Below, piece by piece: positions 53,029 through 62,839 of a DNA stretch of 64,000 nt. Origin of the DNA: Clostridia bacterium (GTDB taxonomy: Bacteria; Bacillota; Clostridia; Christensenellales; CAG-138); contig DATMYE010000004.1 of NCBI GenBank assembly GCA_035561095.1, positions 7,675 to 71,674 of the forward strand, written 5' to 3'. The translations under genes and the position numbers were made by a program. Under the pieces are notes generated by a model. That model did no database searches, had not been told where the DNA came from, and saw only the letters and a program-made list of their open reading frames with translations. The number at the start of each line of letters is the position of its first letter. Within the stretch, counting starts at the first letter, position 1.

Positions 53029-53062
53029 ATGTTGAAGATGAAGTAAAACTTCGAATCCGTTA

Positions 53063-53092
53063 AAGCAGGCTCCTCCGGGAACCTGCTTTTTT
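53063..53092 (+). terminator. Rho-independent terminator after the GntR gene
   Basis: AAGCAGG-(12 nt)-CCTGCTT followed by TTTT. Confidence 0.75.
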
Positions 53093-53227
53093 ACGCGGAA
53101 CGATCTGTTGTATTCCGAGAACTCAAAATACGTTATATATAAGGAAGCGATTCCACAGAAGGGATATTTGCTCGCCGGAACCACGTAATCTCTGTCATGG
53201 CTGCCGTGCAAATCGCGACGTGCACTG

Positions 53228-53256
53228 TTGTGCGGACAAAAAAAGTGTGTTATACT
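53228..53256 (+). promoter_or_regulatory. Candidate extended -10 promoter (distal, upstream of the S10 operon)
   Basis: TTGTGC, 17-nt spacer containing TGt, TATACT. Confidence 0.4.
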
Positions 53257-53422
53257 GCTCAGGCGGCGAAAGATCGCAAAAAACGTTGGATTTCGCGGGA
53301 ATCGGGCGTAATCTTGCGCTAAACGCCGAATGCAAACATTCTCTCTCCAAATCCGCCGATTGCGGGCAAATTGCGCAGGGCAAAAAACCTCAAAAATCTT
53401 GCCCGAATTCTGAAAATTCTTC

Positions 53423-53451
53423 TTGCAATCCCTTGGATATCTGTGTAAAAT
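53423..53451 (+). promoter_or_regulatory. Candidate sigma-A promoter for the S10 operon (about 250-nt leader)
   Basis: TTGCAA, 17-nt spacer, TAAAAT. Confidence 0.5.
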
Positions 53452-53700
53452 AAGACTGTTCGCGCCGCAAAGGCTATGTTTTTGTGCGTGAAAGGGATGA
53501 TCGGGAGGTTGCCGGTTCTGCCATCCGGGTAATTTCCGCTCAGACCCAACGTCCAAACCAGGACGAGGGTGAGTTTACGGAGCAATTCGTGTAAGTCCCG
53601 AACGAGTATAGCGCACAGCCGAAAGGCTGGGCCTGCCTTATGAAGAAGGAAACACACGGCTTTGTGTACCGCCCCTATTACGAAGGAGGATATCAATAAC

Positions 53701-54006
53701 ATGGCAAACAGAATTCGCATCAAGCTCAAGGCGTATGAAAGCTCTCTGATCGATCAGAGTGCAGAGAAGATCGTCGAAACCGCCAAGAGAACCGGCGCAC
53801 AGGTCAGTGGTCCGATCCCCCTGCCCACGGAAACGGAAATCGTTACCATCCTGCGCGCAACCCACAAGTATAAGGATTCCCGCGAACAATTCGAGATGCG
53901 CACACACAAGCGCCTGATCGACATTCTCCAGCCGTCTTCCAAGACTGTTGACGCGCTGATGAAGCTTGATCTCCCCGCAGGTGTTGACATCGAGATCAAA
54001 CTGTAA
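53701..54006 (+). CDS. rpsJ: 30S ribosomal protein S10
   Basis: Begins [49 protein letters not shown] lies upstream. Confidence 0.97.
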   Translation: MANRIRIKLKAYESSLIDQSAEKIVETAKRTGAQVSGPIPLPTETEIVTILRATHKYKDSREQFEMRTHKRLIDILQPSSKTVDALMKLDLPAGVDIEIKL

Positions 54007-54022
54007 CCAACCGGAGGTAAAC

Positions 54023-54649
54023 ATGAAGAAAGCCATTTTGGGCAAAAAGATCGGTATGACGCAGATGTTTCGAGCTGACGGTACCATGATCCCCGTGACA
54101 GTCATCGAAGCCGGTCCGTGCCCCATCATCCAGAAGAAGACCGTCGGTACGGACGGATACGAAGCTGTTCAGGTAGGCTTCAGCGAGTTGCGTGCAAAGC
54201 TCTCCAACAAGCCGAGAACGGGGCATTTTGCCAAAGCGGGCGTGAAACCCCTCCGTTATATGAGAGAGTTCAAGCTCGACGACGCGAAGAACTACGAAGT
54301 CGGCCAGGTCATCAAAGCGGACATGTTCGCCGAGGGCGACAAGATCGACGTTCGCGGCGTGAGCAAGGGCAAGGGCTTCCAGGGCGTCATCAAGCGTTGG
54401 AACCAGGCGCGCGGCAAAATGACGCACGGCTCGCACTTCCACCGCAGCCCGGGTTCCATGAGCGCAAACTCGAGCCCGTCGCGCGTATTCAAGCACAAGA
54501 ACCTTCCCGGCCACATGGGCAACGAAACCGTCACCGTGCAGAACCTCGAAGTCGTGCGCGTGGACGCAGAGCGTAACCTGCTGCTCGTCAAGGGCGCGGT
54601 TCCCGGCCCGAAGGGCGGCCTCGTTTCCGTAACGAGCACCGTGAAGTAA
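54023..54649 (+). CDS. rplC: 50S ribosomal protein L3
   Basis: Begins [16 protein letters not shown] and contains [12 protein letters not shown]. Confidence 0.97.
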   Translation: MKKAILGKKIGMTQMFRADGTMIPVTVIEAGPCPIIQKKTVGTDGYEAVQVGFSELRAKLSNKPRTGHFAKAGVKPLRYMREFKLDDAKNYEVGQVIKADMFAEGDKIDVRGVSKGKGFQGVIKRWNQARGKMTHGSHFHRSPGSMSANSSPSRVFKHKNLPGHMGNETVTVQNLEVVRVDAERNLLLVKGAVPGPKGGLVSVTSTVK

Positions 54650-54663
54650 GGAGGAGCAAGAGA

Positions 54664-55284
54664 ATGCCTAAAGTAGCAATTGTCGATATCACCGGCAAGA
54701 AGGTCGGCGAATACGAGCTCTCCGAAAACACTTTTGGACAGCCTGTCAACCAATACGTTCTCCACGAGGTCGTCCGCGCACACCTCGCCAACTGCCGTCA
54801 GGGCACGCAGAGCGCCCTCACCCGCGCGGAAGTCTCCGGCGGCGGCATCAAACCCTGGCGTCAGAAGGGCACCGGCCGTGCCCGTCAGGGTTCCACCCGT
54901 TCGCCCCAGTGGCGTCACGGCGGCGTGGTGTTCGCACCGAAACCCCGCGACTACACGATCCGCGTCAACAAAAAGGTCAAGCGCGTCGCAATGAAGTCCG
55001 CGCTGTCCGGTAAGGTTCTCGATAACGAACTCGTTCTCTTCAACGAGCTGAACCTCAAGGTCGCCAAGACCAAAGAGATGGTCAAGGTTCTCGAAGCCAT
55101 CAAGGTAGAGCAGGCCCTCATCGTCCTGCCGGAACCCAACGCCACAGTGGAGCGCGCTGCGCGCAACATCCCCGGCGTCAAGACCACACTGGTCGGCACC
55201 CTGAGCGCGTACGAGATTCTCAAGTACAAAGTGCTGATCCTCACCGAGGAGTCGGCCAAGAAGATCGAGGAGGTGTACGCGTAA
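54664..55284 (+). CDS. rplD: 50S ribosomal protein L4
   Basis: Contains KPWRQKGTGRARQGSTRSPQWRHGGVVF. Confidence 0.97.
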   Translation: MPKVAIVDITGKKVGEYELSENTFGQPVNQYVLHEVVRAHLANCRQGTQSALTRAEVSGGGIKPWRQKGTGRARQGSTRSPQWRHGGVVFAPKPRDYTIRVNKKVKRVAMKSALSGKVLDNELVLFNELNLKVAKTKEMVKVLEAIKVEQALIVLPEPNATVERAARNIPGVKTTLVGTLSAYEILKYKVLILTEESAKKIEEVYA

Positions 55285-55580
55285 TGAAGAGCGCCTATGA
55301 CATCATCAAAAAGCCGGTTCTGACCGAGAAAACCTACGATCAGTTCGCGAGCAAGACCTATACCTTCGAAGTCGACAAGACCGCCAACAAGATCGAGATC
55401 AAGAAGGCAGTCGAAGAGATCTTCGATGTGGAAGTGGAAAGCGTGCACACCGTCAACCGCGACGGCAAAATGCGCCGCCAGGGCAATTCTTCCGGCCGCA
55501 CGCCGAGCAGCAAAAAGGCCTACGTGAAGCTCAAGAAGGACTCCAAAGGCATCGAGTTCTTCGACAGCATCTCGCAGTAA
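55284..55580 (+). CDS. rplW: 50S ribosomal protein L23
   Basis: Contains [12 protein letters not shown]...[12 protein letters not shown]. Its start overlaps the rplD stop (TAATG). Confidence 0.96.
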   Translation: MKSAYDIIKKPVLTEKTYDQFASKTYTFEVDKTANKIEIKKAVEEIFDVEVESVHTVNRDGKMRRQGNSSGRTPSSKKAYVKLKKDSKGIEFFDSISQ

Positions 55581-55594
55581 GGGGAGGACGAACC

Positions 55595-56434
55595 ATGGGT
55601 ATCCGTAAGATCAATCCGATCACGCCGGGCCAGCGCTTCATGACGGTTTCTTCTTTTGAAGAAATCACCAGAAAAACGCCGGAACGTTCGTTGCTCGAAG
55701 ATAAGAAAAAGAACGCCGGCCGCAACGTCACCGGCAAGATCACCGTCCGCCACCAGGGCGGCGGCGCGCGCCAGAAGTACCGTATCATCGACTTCAAGCG
55801 CAACAAGGACAACGTCCCCGCGAAGGTCTTCTCGGTTGAGTACGACCCGAACCGCTCGGCGAACATCGCGCTGCTCCACTACCTCGACGGCGAGAAGCGC
55901 TACATCATCGCTCCGCTCGGCCTCAAGGTCGGCGACATGATCGTCTCCGGTGAGACCGCCGATATCAAAGTCGGTAACGCTCTCCCGATCGCGAACATCC
56001 CGGTCGGCACGATGATCCACTGCATCGAGCTCAAGCCCGGCAAGGGCGCGCAGCTGGTCCGCTCCGCGGGCAACGCGGCGCAGCTGATGGCAAAGGAAGG
56101 CGCGTATGCGCAGGTCCGTCTGCCCAGCGGTGAAGTCCGCCTGATCCCGATGAACGCGAAAGCAACCATCGGCCAGGTCGGCAACATCGACCATGCCAAC
56201 ATCCAGATCGGTAAAGCAGGCCGCAAGCGCCACATGGGCGTCCGCCCGACGGTCCGCGGCAGCGTCATGAACCCCTGCGACCACCCGCACGGCGGCGGCG
56301 AAGGCAAGAGCCCGATCGGCAAGCCCGGCCCGGTTACCCCGTGGGGCAAGCCCGCTCTCGGTTACAAGACGCGCAAGCATAAGAACCCGACCAACAAGTA
56401 CATCGTGCGCCGCAGCAACGGCAGCAGCAAGTAA
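55595..56434 (+). CDS. rplB: 50S ribosomal protein L2
   Basis: Contains [15 protein letters not shown] and [17 protein letters not shown]. Confidence 0.98.
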   Translation: MGIRKINPITPGQRFMTVSSFEEITRKTPERSLLEDKKKNAGRNVTGKITVRHQGGGARQKYRIIDFKRNKDNVPAKVFSVEYDPNRSANIALLHYLDGEKRYIIAPLGLKVGDMIVSGETADIKVGNALPIANIPVGTMIHCIELKPGKGAQLVRSAGNAAQLMAKEGAYAQVRLPSGEVRLIPMNAKATIGQVGNIDHANIQIGKAGRKRHMGVRPTVRGSVMNPCDHPHGGGEGKSPIGKPGPVTPWGKPALGYKTRKHKNPTNKYIVRRSNGSSK

Positions 56435-56456
56435 CGGGAGAGGAAGGAGATATACA

Positions 56457-56738
56457 ATGAGCAGATCGATTAAAAAAGGCCCATTCATTAGCGAACGCCT
56501 TCTCGGGCGTATCGAGGCGATGAATGCGAGCGGAAAAAAGACGGTCGTCAAGACGTGGTCTCGCGCCTCTACCATCTACCCGCAGATGGTTGGTCATACC
56601 ATCGCGGTGCATGACGGCAAAAAGCACGTGCCCGTGTATGTGACCGAAGAAATGGTCGGCCATAAGCTCGGCGAATTCGCACCGACGCGCACGTTCAGAG
56701 GACACAGAGGCTCCGAGAAGTCCTCTTCTGCAAGGTAA
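56457..56738 (+). CDS. rpsS: 30S ribosomal protein S19
   Basis: Begins [10 protein letters not shown] and contains [29 protein letters not shown]. Confidence 0.97.
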   Translation: MSRSIKKGPFISERLLGRIEAMNASGKKTVVKTWSRASTIYPQMVGHTIAVHDGKKHVPVYVTEEMVGHKLGEFAPTRTFRGHRGSEKSSSAR

Positions 56739-56753
56739 GGAGGAACGAAGCAA

Positions 56754-57140
56754 ATGGCAACCAGAATGAGAGAAAAGTCGGCCAAGCGCGCGGCCAACGC
56801 CGATAAGCGTCCGCACGCCACCGCAAAATACATTCGAATCTCTTCGCGCAAGGTGAAGGCCGTCATCGACCTGATCCGCGGCAAGAGCGTCAGAGAAGCC
56901 GAAGCAATCCTGCTCTACACGCCGAAAGCGGCGACCGAGCCGGTTGCAAAGCTGCTCAAGAGCGCGATTGCGAATGCGGAAAACAACCTTGACCTCAACC
57001 GCGAAGAGCTGATCGTCGCCGAGATTTACGCCAACCAGGGACCGACCCTGAAGCGTTTCCGGCCGAGAGCGCATGGACGTGCGAGCGCAATCCGCAAGCG
57101 CACGAGCCACATCACGGTCGTGTTGGATCAGGCGAAGTAA
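56754..57140 (+). CDS. rplV: 50S ribosomal protein L22
   Basis: Contains [23 protein letters not shown] and [22 protein letters not shown]. Confidence 0.96.
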   Translation: MATRMREKSAKRAANADKRPHATAKYIRISSRKVKAVIDLIRGKSVREAEAILLYTPKAATEPVAKLLKSAIANAENNLDLNREELIVAEIYANQGPTLKRFRPRAHGRASAIRKRTSHITVVLDQAK

Positions 57141-57154
57141 GGAGGAAATGAACA

Positions 57155-57826
57155 ATGGGTCAAAAAGTTAATCCGAACGGGTTCCGCGTTGGCGTCATCA
57201 AGGACTGGAACACCCGCTGGTACGCCTCCAAGAAGGATTTCGCCGATTTCCTCGTCGAGGACCGCAAGATCCGCGACTTCGTGAAGAAGAAGTACTATCA
57301 GGCCAGCATTTCGCGCATCGAGATCGATCGCGCGGCAGGCAAGGTCACCGTTAGCATCTTCACCGCGCGTCCCGGCCTTCTCATCGGCAAGGGCGGCACG
57401 GGCATCGATGTCATCAAAGAGGACATCAAGAAGACGATCGGCAAAGACGTGAGCGTCAACATCATGGAGATCCGTGATCCCGACGCAGACGCACAGCTGG
57501 TTGCGGAAAACATCGCGTCGCAGCTCGAGAAGCGCATCAGCTTCCGCCGCGCCATGAAACAGAGCATGGGCCGCGCGATGCAGAAAAACAGCGTAAAAGG
57601 TATCAAGCTGATGGTCTCCGGCCGTCTCGGCGGCGCGGAAATCGCGAGAAGCGAAGGATACCATGACGGTTCCATCCCGCTGCAGACCATGCGCGCGGAT
57701 ATCCAGTACGGCTTCGCGGAAGCGAAGACCACCTACGGCCGCATCGGCTGCAAGGTCTGGATTTACAAGGGCGAACTGCTCGGCAAGCGCGGTGCTTCCG
57801 ACAGGCGTGAGGAAGGGGGCAAATAA
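57155..57826 (+). CDS. rpsC: 30S ribosomal protein S3
   Basis: Begins [18 protein letters not shown] and contains [12 protein letters not shown]. Confidence 0.98.
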   Translation: MGQKVNPNGFRVGVIKDWNTRWYASKKDFADFLVEDRKIRDFVKKKYYQASISRIEIDRAAGKVTVSIFTARPGLLIGKGGTGIDVIKEDIKKTIGKDVSVNIMEIRDPDADAQLVAENIASQLEKRISFRRAMKQSMGRAMQKNSVKGIKLMVSGRLGGAEIARSEGYHDGSIPLQTMRADIQYGFAEAKTTYGRIGCKVWIYKGELLGKRGASDRREEGGK

Positions 57827-57829
57827 ACC

Positions 57830-58270
57830 ATGTTGATGCCGAAAAGAGTTAAGCGGCGCAGAGTCTTCCGCGGCCGCATGAAGGGTAAAGCCACCCGTGG
57901 CAACACGATCACGCAGGGCGAATACGGCCTCGTCGCGCTGGAACCCTGCTGGGTCACCAGCCAGCAGATCGAAGCTGCCCGTGTCGCGCTTACGCGTTAC
58001 ATCAAACGTGGCGGTCAGGTCTGGATCAAGATCTTCCCCGACAAGCCTGTTACTGAGAAACCCGCTGAAACCCGCATGGGTAGCGGCAAAGGCTCCCCGG
58101 AATACTGGGTTGCCGTCGTGAAGCCGGGTCGCATCCTCTTTGAGATTGCTGGAGTCGAGCAGGAAGACGCATATGAAGCGCTTCGTCTTGCAATGCACAA
58201 GCTCCCGCTCAAGTGCAAAGTGATCAAGAAGGAAACCGAAAAGGGTGGTGAAACCGATGAAAGCAAATAA
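57830..58270 (+). CDS. rplP: 50S ribosomal protein L16
   Basis: Begins [19 protein letters not shown] and contains [20 protein letters not shown]. Confidence 0.97.
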   Translation: MLMPKRVKRRRVFRGRMKGKATRGNTITQGEYGLVALEPCWVTSQQIEAARVALTRYIKRGGQVWIKIFPDKPVTEKPAETRMGSGKGSPEYWVAVVKPGRILFEIAGVEQEDAYEALRLAMHKLPLKCKVIKKETEKGGETDESK

Positions 58271-58460
58271 GTTTCGCGATATGAATAACGACGCGCTTGC
58301 TGCTCAGGAAAAAGAGCTCAAGAGCGAGCTGTTCAACCTTCGCTTTCAGTCGGCTACCGGCGGTCTTTCGAACCCCAACCGCATCAGCGAGTGCAAGAAA
58401 GACATCGCCAGAGTAAAAACGATCATTCGTGAGCGCGAGCTCGCGAAGGCAGCCGAGTAA
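58257..58460 (+). CDS. rpmC: 50S ribosomal protein L29
   Basis: Begins [31 protein letters not shown]. The ATG lies inside the rplP 3' end. Confidence 0.93.
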   Translation: MKANKFRDMNNDALAAQEKELKSELFNLRFQSATGGLSNPNRISECKKDIARVKTIIRERELAKAAE

Positions 58461-58479
58461 CGGGAAGGAGGACAGAGCA

Positions 58480-58737
58480 ATGGAAGAAAGAGGCTACAGA
58501 AAGACCCGTATCGGCGTGGTCGTCAGCGATAAAATGGACAAGACCGCCGTTGTCGCCATCAAGACCAAGGTTCGCCACCCGTTATATGGCAAGATGGTCA
58601 ACCGCACGCGGAAGTTCAAGGTTCACGATGAAGAGAACCAGTGCGGCGTCGGCGATACCGTTAAGATTATGGAAACGCGCCCCATCAGCAAAGACAAGCG
58701 GTGGCGCCTCGTCGAGATCGTCGAGAAGGCGAAGTAA
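58480..58737 (+). CDS. rpsQ: 30S ribosomal protein S17
   Basis: Contains [23 protein letters not shown]...[18 protein letters not shown] lies upstream. Confidence 0.95.
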   Translation: MEERGYRKTRIGVVVSDKMDKTAVVAIKTKVRHPLYGKMVNRTRKFKVHDEENQCGVGDTVKIMETRPISKDKRWRLVEIVEKAK

Positions 58738-58757
58738 GGACTGGAGGAACTGGGAAT

Positions 58758-59126
58758 ATGATTCAACCGCAAACCAGATTAAAGGTCGCGGACAACAGCG
58801 GCGCGAAAGAGATCATGTGCATTCGCGTGCTGGGCGGTTCCTACCGTAAGTCCGCCAATATTGGCGACGTCATCGTGGCCAGCGTCAAGTCCGCATCGCC
58901 GGGCGGCGCGGTCAAGAAGAAGGATGTTGTTCGCGCGGTTGTCGTGCGTACGGTGTCCGGCATTCAGCGTCCGGACGGAAGCTATATCCGTTTCGACGAC
59001 AATGCAGCCGTCATTATCAACGACCAGAAACAGCCCCGCGGCACCCGTATCTTTGGGCCCGTGGCGCGTGAACTCCGTGAGAAGGACTACATGAAAATTG
59101 TGTCCCTCGCACCGGAAGTACTGTAA
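58758..59126 (+). CDS. rplN: 50S ribosomal protein L14
   Basis: Begins [28 protein letters not shown]. Confidence 0.97.
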   Translation: MIQPQTRLKVADNSGAKEIMCIRVLGGSYRKSANIGDVIVASVKSASPGGAVKKKDVVRAVVVRTVSGIQRPDGSYIRFDDNAAVIINDQKQPRGTRIFGPVARELREKDYMKIVSLAPEVL

Positions 59127-59140
59127 AGGAGGAGCATGAC

Positions 59141-59482
59141 ATGAACAGCTTAAACGTCAAAAAAGGCGATACCGTCGTTGTCATCTCCGGCAAAGACAAG
59201 GGCAAGAAGGGCAAGATCATGGTCGCGCAGCCCGATGACGAGCGCGTGATCGTGCAGGGCGCAGCCCTGGTGACCCGCCATGTCAAGCCCCGCAAGCAGG
59301 GCAAGCCCGGCGGCCGCATCGAGAAGGAAGGACCGATCCATGCGTCCAACGTCATGCTGGTCTGCCCGAAGTGCGACAAGCCCACCCGCATCGCCCACAA
59401 GCTCAAGGAAGTTGAGATCTCCGGCGAGAAGAAACAAAAGAGCGTCCGCGTTTGCAAAAAGTGCGGTAAAGTAATTGACTAA
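59141..59482 (+). CDS. rplX: 50S ribosomal protein L24 (four-Cys, zinc-ribbon-type variant)
   Basis: Contains VKKGDTVVVISGKDKGKKGKI (KOW motif). The C-terminal part carries CPKC...CKKC. Confidence 0.95.
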   Translation: MNSLNVKKGDTVVVISGKDKGKKGKIMVAQPDDERVIVQGAALVTRHVKPRKQGKPGGRIEKEGPIHASNVMLVCPKCDKPTRIAHKLKEVEISGEKKQKSVRVCKKCGKVID

Positions 59483-59503
59483 GGCGGAAGGAGGAACTGA
59501 CAA

Positions 59504-60388
59504 GTGGCAACAAAGAAAGACATTGAAACCGTAACCGAAGCCGTCGAAGCAGCAGCCGAAACGGTCGTTGAAGAAGTAAAGAAAGTTGCGAAAAAGGCAG
59601 CTCCCAAGGCCGCCGAAGCCGCAGAAGCCGTCGAAAAGGCCGTGAAGAAGACCGCAAAGGCCGCCGCCGAAACCGCTGAAAAAGCGGCAGAAGCAGTCAC
59701 CGAAGCGGCTGCAGAAACGGTTGCCAAGGCAGCCGGCGCCGTCAAGGAAGCCGCAGCCAAGGTCGAGAAGAAGGCGGAAGCCGCAGCCAAGCCCGCAGCC
59801 AAGAAGGCGAAGGGCGCACAGGCTGACATGAAAAAGCTCGAGGGTATGCCGCGTCTGAAGAAGCGCTATCAAGAAGAGATCGCGCCCGCTATGAAGACCA
59901 AGTTCGGCTACGAGAACGTCATGCAGATTCCGTACCTGGAGAAGGTCGTGATCAACATGGGCCTCGGCACCGACAAGGACAACCCCAAGGGCATCGAAGC
60001 CGCCATCAAGGAACTCAGCACCATCGCCGGCCAGAAGGCAGTCGCAACCCGCGCCAAGAAGAGCGTCGCGAACTTCAAAGTTCGTGAAGGCATGACCATC
60101 GGCGCGAAGGTGACCCTCCGCGGCGACCGGATGTACTATTTTGTCGACAAGCTCTTCAACATCGTCCTGCCCCGCGTTCGCGACTTCCGCGGCGTTTCCG
60201 ACAAGGCATTTGACGGGCGCGGCAACTACGCCCTCGGCCTCAAGGAACAGCTGATCTTCCCGGAGATCAACTACGACGACGTCGATAAGGTGCGCGGCAT
60301 GAACATCGTGTTCGTCACGAGCGCCAACACCGACGAAGAGTGCAAAGAGCTGCTCACCCAGCTCGGCATCCCGTTTGTGCAGGGCTGA
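59504..60388 (+). CDS. rplE: 50S ribosomal protein L5 with a 114-aa Ala/Lys/Glu-rich N-terminal extension
   Basis: GTG 59504 has GGAGG 9 nt upstream. The canonical L5 sequence ([12 protein letters not shown]...) begins in-frame at codon 115 (59846) with no usable RBS spacing. There is no stop codon between the two. Confidence 0.85.
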   Translation: MATKKDIETVTEAVEAAAETVVEEVKKVAKKAAPKAAEAAEAVEKAVKKTAKAAAETAEKAAEAVTEAAAETVAKAAGAVKEAAAKVEKKAEAAAKPAAKKAKGAQADMKKLEGMPRLKKRYQEEIAPAMKTKFGYENVMQIPYLEKVVINMGLGTDKDNPKGIEAAIKELSTIAGQKAVATRAKKSVANFKVREGMTIGAKVTLRGDRMYYFVDKLFNIVLPRVRDFRGVSDKAFDGRGNYALGLKEQLIFPEINYDDVDKVRGMNIVFVTSANTDEECKELLTQLGIPFVQG

Positions 60389-60406
60389 TAAGGGAGGAAA
60401 GCAAAA

Positions 60407-60592
60407 ATGGCAAAGACAAGCATGAAGTTAAAGCAGGCGCGCGAGCCGAAGTTCAGTACCCGCGGCTACACCCGCTGCCGCATCTGCGGCCGTCCCCACT
60501 CGGTTCTGCGCAAGTATGGCGTCTGCCGCATTTGCTTCCGCGAACTGGCGTATAAGGGCGAAATCCCCGGCGTACGCAAGGCCAGCTGGTAA
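60407..60592 (+). CDS. rpsN: 30S ribosomal protein S14 type Z (zinc-binding)
   Basis: 61 aa containing [23 protein letters not shown]. Confidence 0.96.
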   Translation: MAKTSMKLKQAREPKFSTRGYTRCRICGRPHSVLRKYGVCRICFRELAYKGEIPGVRKASW

Positions 60593-60606
60593 AGGAGGAA
60601 ACGAAC

Positions 60607-60999
60607 ATGACAGATACCATTGCCGATATGCTCACCCGTATCCGCAACGCACTGATCGCGAAGCATGATTCTGTTGAAATCCCCGCTTCCACGATGAAAA
60701 AGGCGATTGCCCAGATTCTTGTGGACGAAGGTTACATCAAGAACTTCGAAGTCATTGCGGACGGCGAGAAGAAGACGATTCGGATTCAGCTCAAGTACGG
60801 CGCAAACAAGCAGCGCGTCATCGTCGGCATCAAGCGCATCTCCCGCCCCGGCCTTCGCGTTTATGCGCGTAAGGACGAAATGCCCAAGGTCCTCGGCGGC
60901 CTCGGCATCGCGATTGTTTCCACCTCCCGCGGCGTTATGACCGACCGGGAAGCGCGCAAACAGGGCGTCGGCGGCGAAGTGCTGGCCTACGTTTGGTAA
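60607..60999 (+). CDS. rpsH: 30S ribosomal protein S8
   Basis: Begins [15 protein letters not shown] and contains [31 protein letters not shown]. Confidence 0.97.
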   Translation: MTDTIADMLTRIRNALIAKHDSVEIPASTMKKAIAQILVDEGYIKNFEVIADGEKKTIRIQLKYGANKQRVIVGIKRISRPGLRVYARKDEMPKVLGGLGIAIVSTSRGVMTDREARKQGVGGEVLAYVW

Positions 61000-61020
61000 T
61001 GTAAAAAGGGCGGATGCCTC

Positions 61021-61061
61021 GTTTTTCAGCAGGATTCCGAAAGGCAATCGGGCTGAAAAGC
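61021..61061 (+). other. Extended RNA hairpin with a GAAA tetraloop in the rpsH-rplF spacer
   Basis: Outer stem TTTTCAGC (61023-61030) / GCTGAAAA (61052-61059). Inner stem GATTCC / GG(c)AATC closing a GAAA loop. It is followed by the palindrome GCGGACGTCCGC (61060-61071). Confidence 0.55.
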
Positions 61062-61152
61062 GGACGTCCGCGCCTGCATGATATTACAAAAAACGGGCGT
61101 ACGGTTCAAGTTGCCGTTTGCGCTTCAGTAATACGAAAAAAGGAGAAAACTT

Positions 61153-61692
61153 ATGTCTCGTATCGGAAAACTTCCGGTCAGCATCCCTGCCGGAGTGACA
61201 ATTACGGTCGGAGACGGCAACGTCGTCACCGTAAAGGGTCCGAAAGGCACGCTCAGCGAGAAAGTCTCTTCGGAGATGGCCATTGAGCAGGATGCCGGCG
61301 TACTCTACGTCAAACGCCCCAGTGACGACAAGCGTCATCGCGCGCTGCACGGCCTGACCCGCACGCTCATCAACAACATGGTTGTGGGCACGACCGCCGG
61401 CTACGAAAAGAAGCTGGAGATCGTCGGCGTCGGCTACAAGGCGCAGGCACAGGGAACAGGCCTTGTGATCAACGTCGGTTACTCCCATCCCGTGAACTTC
61501 CCGGCACCCGAGGGCATCAGCTTTGATGTTCCGGCGCCCACGAAGATCACCGTGAAGGGCATCAATAAGCAGAAGGTTGGCCAGGTGGCCGCCGACATCC
61601 GCGCGGTGCGTCCGCCCGAACCCTACAAGGGCAAAGGCATTCGCTATGAGAACGAGGTCGTTCGCCGCAAGGAAGGCAAGACCGGTAAGTAA
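61153..61692 (+). CDS. rplF: 50S ribosomal protein L6
   Basis: Begins [19 protein letters not shown] and contains [25 protein letters not shown]. Confidence 0.97.
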   Translation: MSRIGKLPVSIPAGVTITVGDGNVVTVKGPKGTLSEKVSSEMAIEQDAGVLYVKRPSDDKRHRALHGLTRTLINNMVVGTTAGYEKKLEIVGVGYKAQAQGTGLVINVGYSHPVNFPAPEGISFDVPAPTKITVKGINKQKVGQVAADIRAVRPPEPYKGKGIRYENEVVRRKEGKTGK

Positions 61693-61713
61693 AGCAGGAA
61701 GGAGTGACGAAAG

Positions 61714-62082
61714 ATGTTTAGCAAAATCGATAAAAACGCGATTCGCGTGGATCGTCATTACCGCATGCGCAAGAACATCGTGGGCACCGCGGAACGTCCC
61801 CGTTTGAACGTTTACCGCAGCACCACGCACATCTACGCGCAGGTGATCGATGACACCGTTGGAAACACCTTGGTCGCAGCTTCCACGCTGGATGCCGAAA
61901 TCAAGGGCAAGCTTGAGGGCAAGAGCAAAGCCGAACAGGCAGCTCTCGTCGGCGAACTCGTCGGCACGCGCGCAAAGGCGAAGGGCGTGACCAAGGTCGT
62001 GTTCGACCGTGGTGGTTACCTCTATACCGGACGCGTTGCCGCTCTCGCAGACGGCGCTCGTAAATCCGGGCTGGACTTCTAA
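61714..62082 (+). CDS. rplR: 50S ribosomal protein L18
   Basis: Contains [20 protein letters not shown] and [26 protein letters not shown]. Confidence 0.96.
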   Translation: MFSKIDKNAIRVDRHYRMRKNIVGTAERPRLNVYRSTTHIYAQVIDDTVGNTLVAASTLDAEIKGKLEGKSKAEQAALVGELVGTRAKAKGVTKVVFDRGGYLYTGRVAALADGARKSGLDF

Positions 62083-62094
62083 GGAGGAACGAAC

Positions 62095-62604
62095 ATGCAA
62101 AATAACAGGAGATTCGATAAAGAGCCCAGCGAATTCAAAGAACGTCTCGTTTCGATCAACCGTGTTGCGAAGGTCGTTAAGGGCGGTAAGAACTTCCGGT
62201 TCACCGCACTGATGGTCGTCGGCAACGAAAAGGGTAAGGTCGGCGTCGGCCTCGGCAAAGCCGCCGAAATTCCCGAAGCGGTTCGCAAGGGCGTTGAAGA
62301 CGCGAAGCGTCATATGGTCGATGTCCCGATCGTGGGCACGACGATTCCCCACGCCGTGGAAGGCAAGTTCGGCAAGGGCCATGTCCGCATGCTCCCCGCT
62401 GAAGAAGGTACCGGCGTTATCGCGGGCGGACCCGCGCGTGCAGTGCTCGAAATGGTCGGCATTCGCGATATCCGCACGAAATCCTACGGTTCCAATAATC
62501 CCAGCAACTGCGTGAAAGCCACGATCGAAGGCCTGAGCCAGCTTCGCACTGCGGAGCAGATCGCCAAGGCCCGCGGCAAGTCCGTGGAAGAAATCCTGGG
62601 TTAA
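62095..62604 (+). CDS. rpsE: 30S ribosomal protein S5
   Basis: Contains [24 protein letters not shown] and [15 protein letters not shown]. Confidence 0.97.
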   Translation: MQNNRRFDKEPSEFKERLVSINRVAKVVKGGKNFRFTALMVVGNEKGKVGVGLGKAAEIPEAVRKGVEDAKRHMVDVPIVGTTIPHAVEGKFGKGHVRMLPAEEGTGVIAGGPARAVLEMVGIRDIRTKSYGSNNPSNCVKATIEGLSQLRTAEQIAKARGKSVEEILG

Positions 62605-62617
62605 GGAGGACGCTACA

Positions 62618-62821
62618 ATGGCGAAAGCAAAAGCGGCGGAGGCCAATAAACTCAAGATAACGCTCGTCAAGAGCCCGATCGGCTGCCTGAAAGATCAGCA
62701 GGCTACGGTCGTCGCGCTGGGCCTGAAGAAGCTCCACAGCACCGTTACCCAACCGGATAACGCCTGCACGCGCGGCATGATCTTTAAGGTCAAGCACCTG
62801 ATCACGGTCGAAGAAGTTTAA
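62618..62821 (+). CDS. rpmD: 50S ribosomal protein L30
   Basis: Contains [28 protein letters not shown]. Confidence 0.93.
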   Translation: MAKAKAAEANKLKITLVKSPIGCLKDQQATVVALGLKKLHSTVTQPDNACTRGMIFKVKHLITVEEV

Positions 62822-62839
62822 CGCAGGAGGACGTGCATC

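Noticed and set aside
53050-53058. TTCGAATCC, a match to the tRNA T-loop consensus, which could indicate a tRNA gene.
   Set aside because: The flanking bases cannot form a T-stem, and no acceptor or anticodon arms are present. It sits just upstream of the GntR terminator hairpin and is coincidental.
59846-60388. Calling L5 as a normal ~180-aa protein starting at MPRL (59846), with the upstream 342 nt treated as a separate small gene.
   Set aside because: There is no stop codon between the two parts, so a separate gene is impossible as sequenced. The internal ATG lacks workable SD spacing, whereas GTG 59504 has a strong GGAGG. Dual initiation cannot be excluded and is flagged in the findings.
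61014-61286. A 90-aa ORF spanning the rpsH-rplF spacer and running into rplF.
   Set aside because: It is out of frame with the clearly identified L6 gene, has no RBS and has an Arg-rich translation. The spacer is better explained as structured RNA.
25620-62670. Other long shadow ORFs overlapping well-supported genes, e.g. 25620-27197(-), 27832-28953(-), 33425-34954(+), 37920-39524(-), 40745-42370(-), 43899-44963(-), 57128-58198(-), 61084-62670(-).
   Set aside because: Each lies opposite to, or out of frame with, a gene carrying clear family motifs (Sir2, MreB, PepF, GdpP, DnaB, GH13, ribosomal proteins). Their translations are Arg/Ala/Gly-rich with no recognisable domains. This is the usual high-GC artefact.
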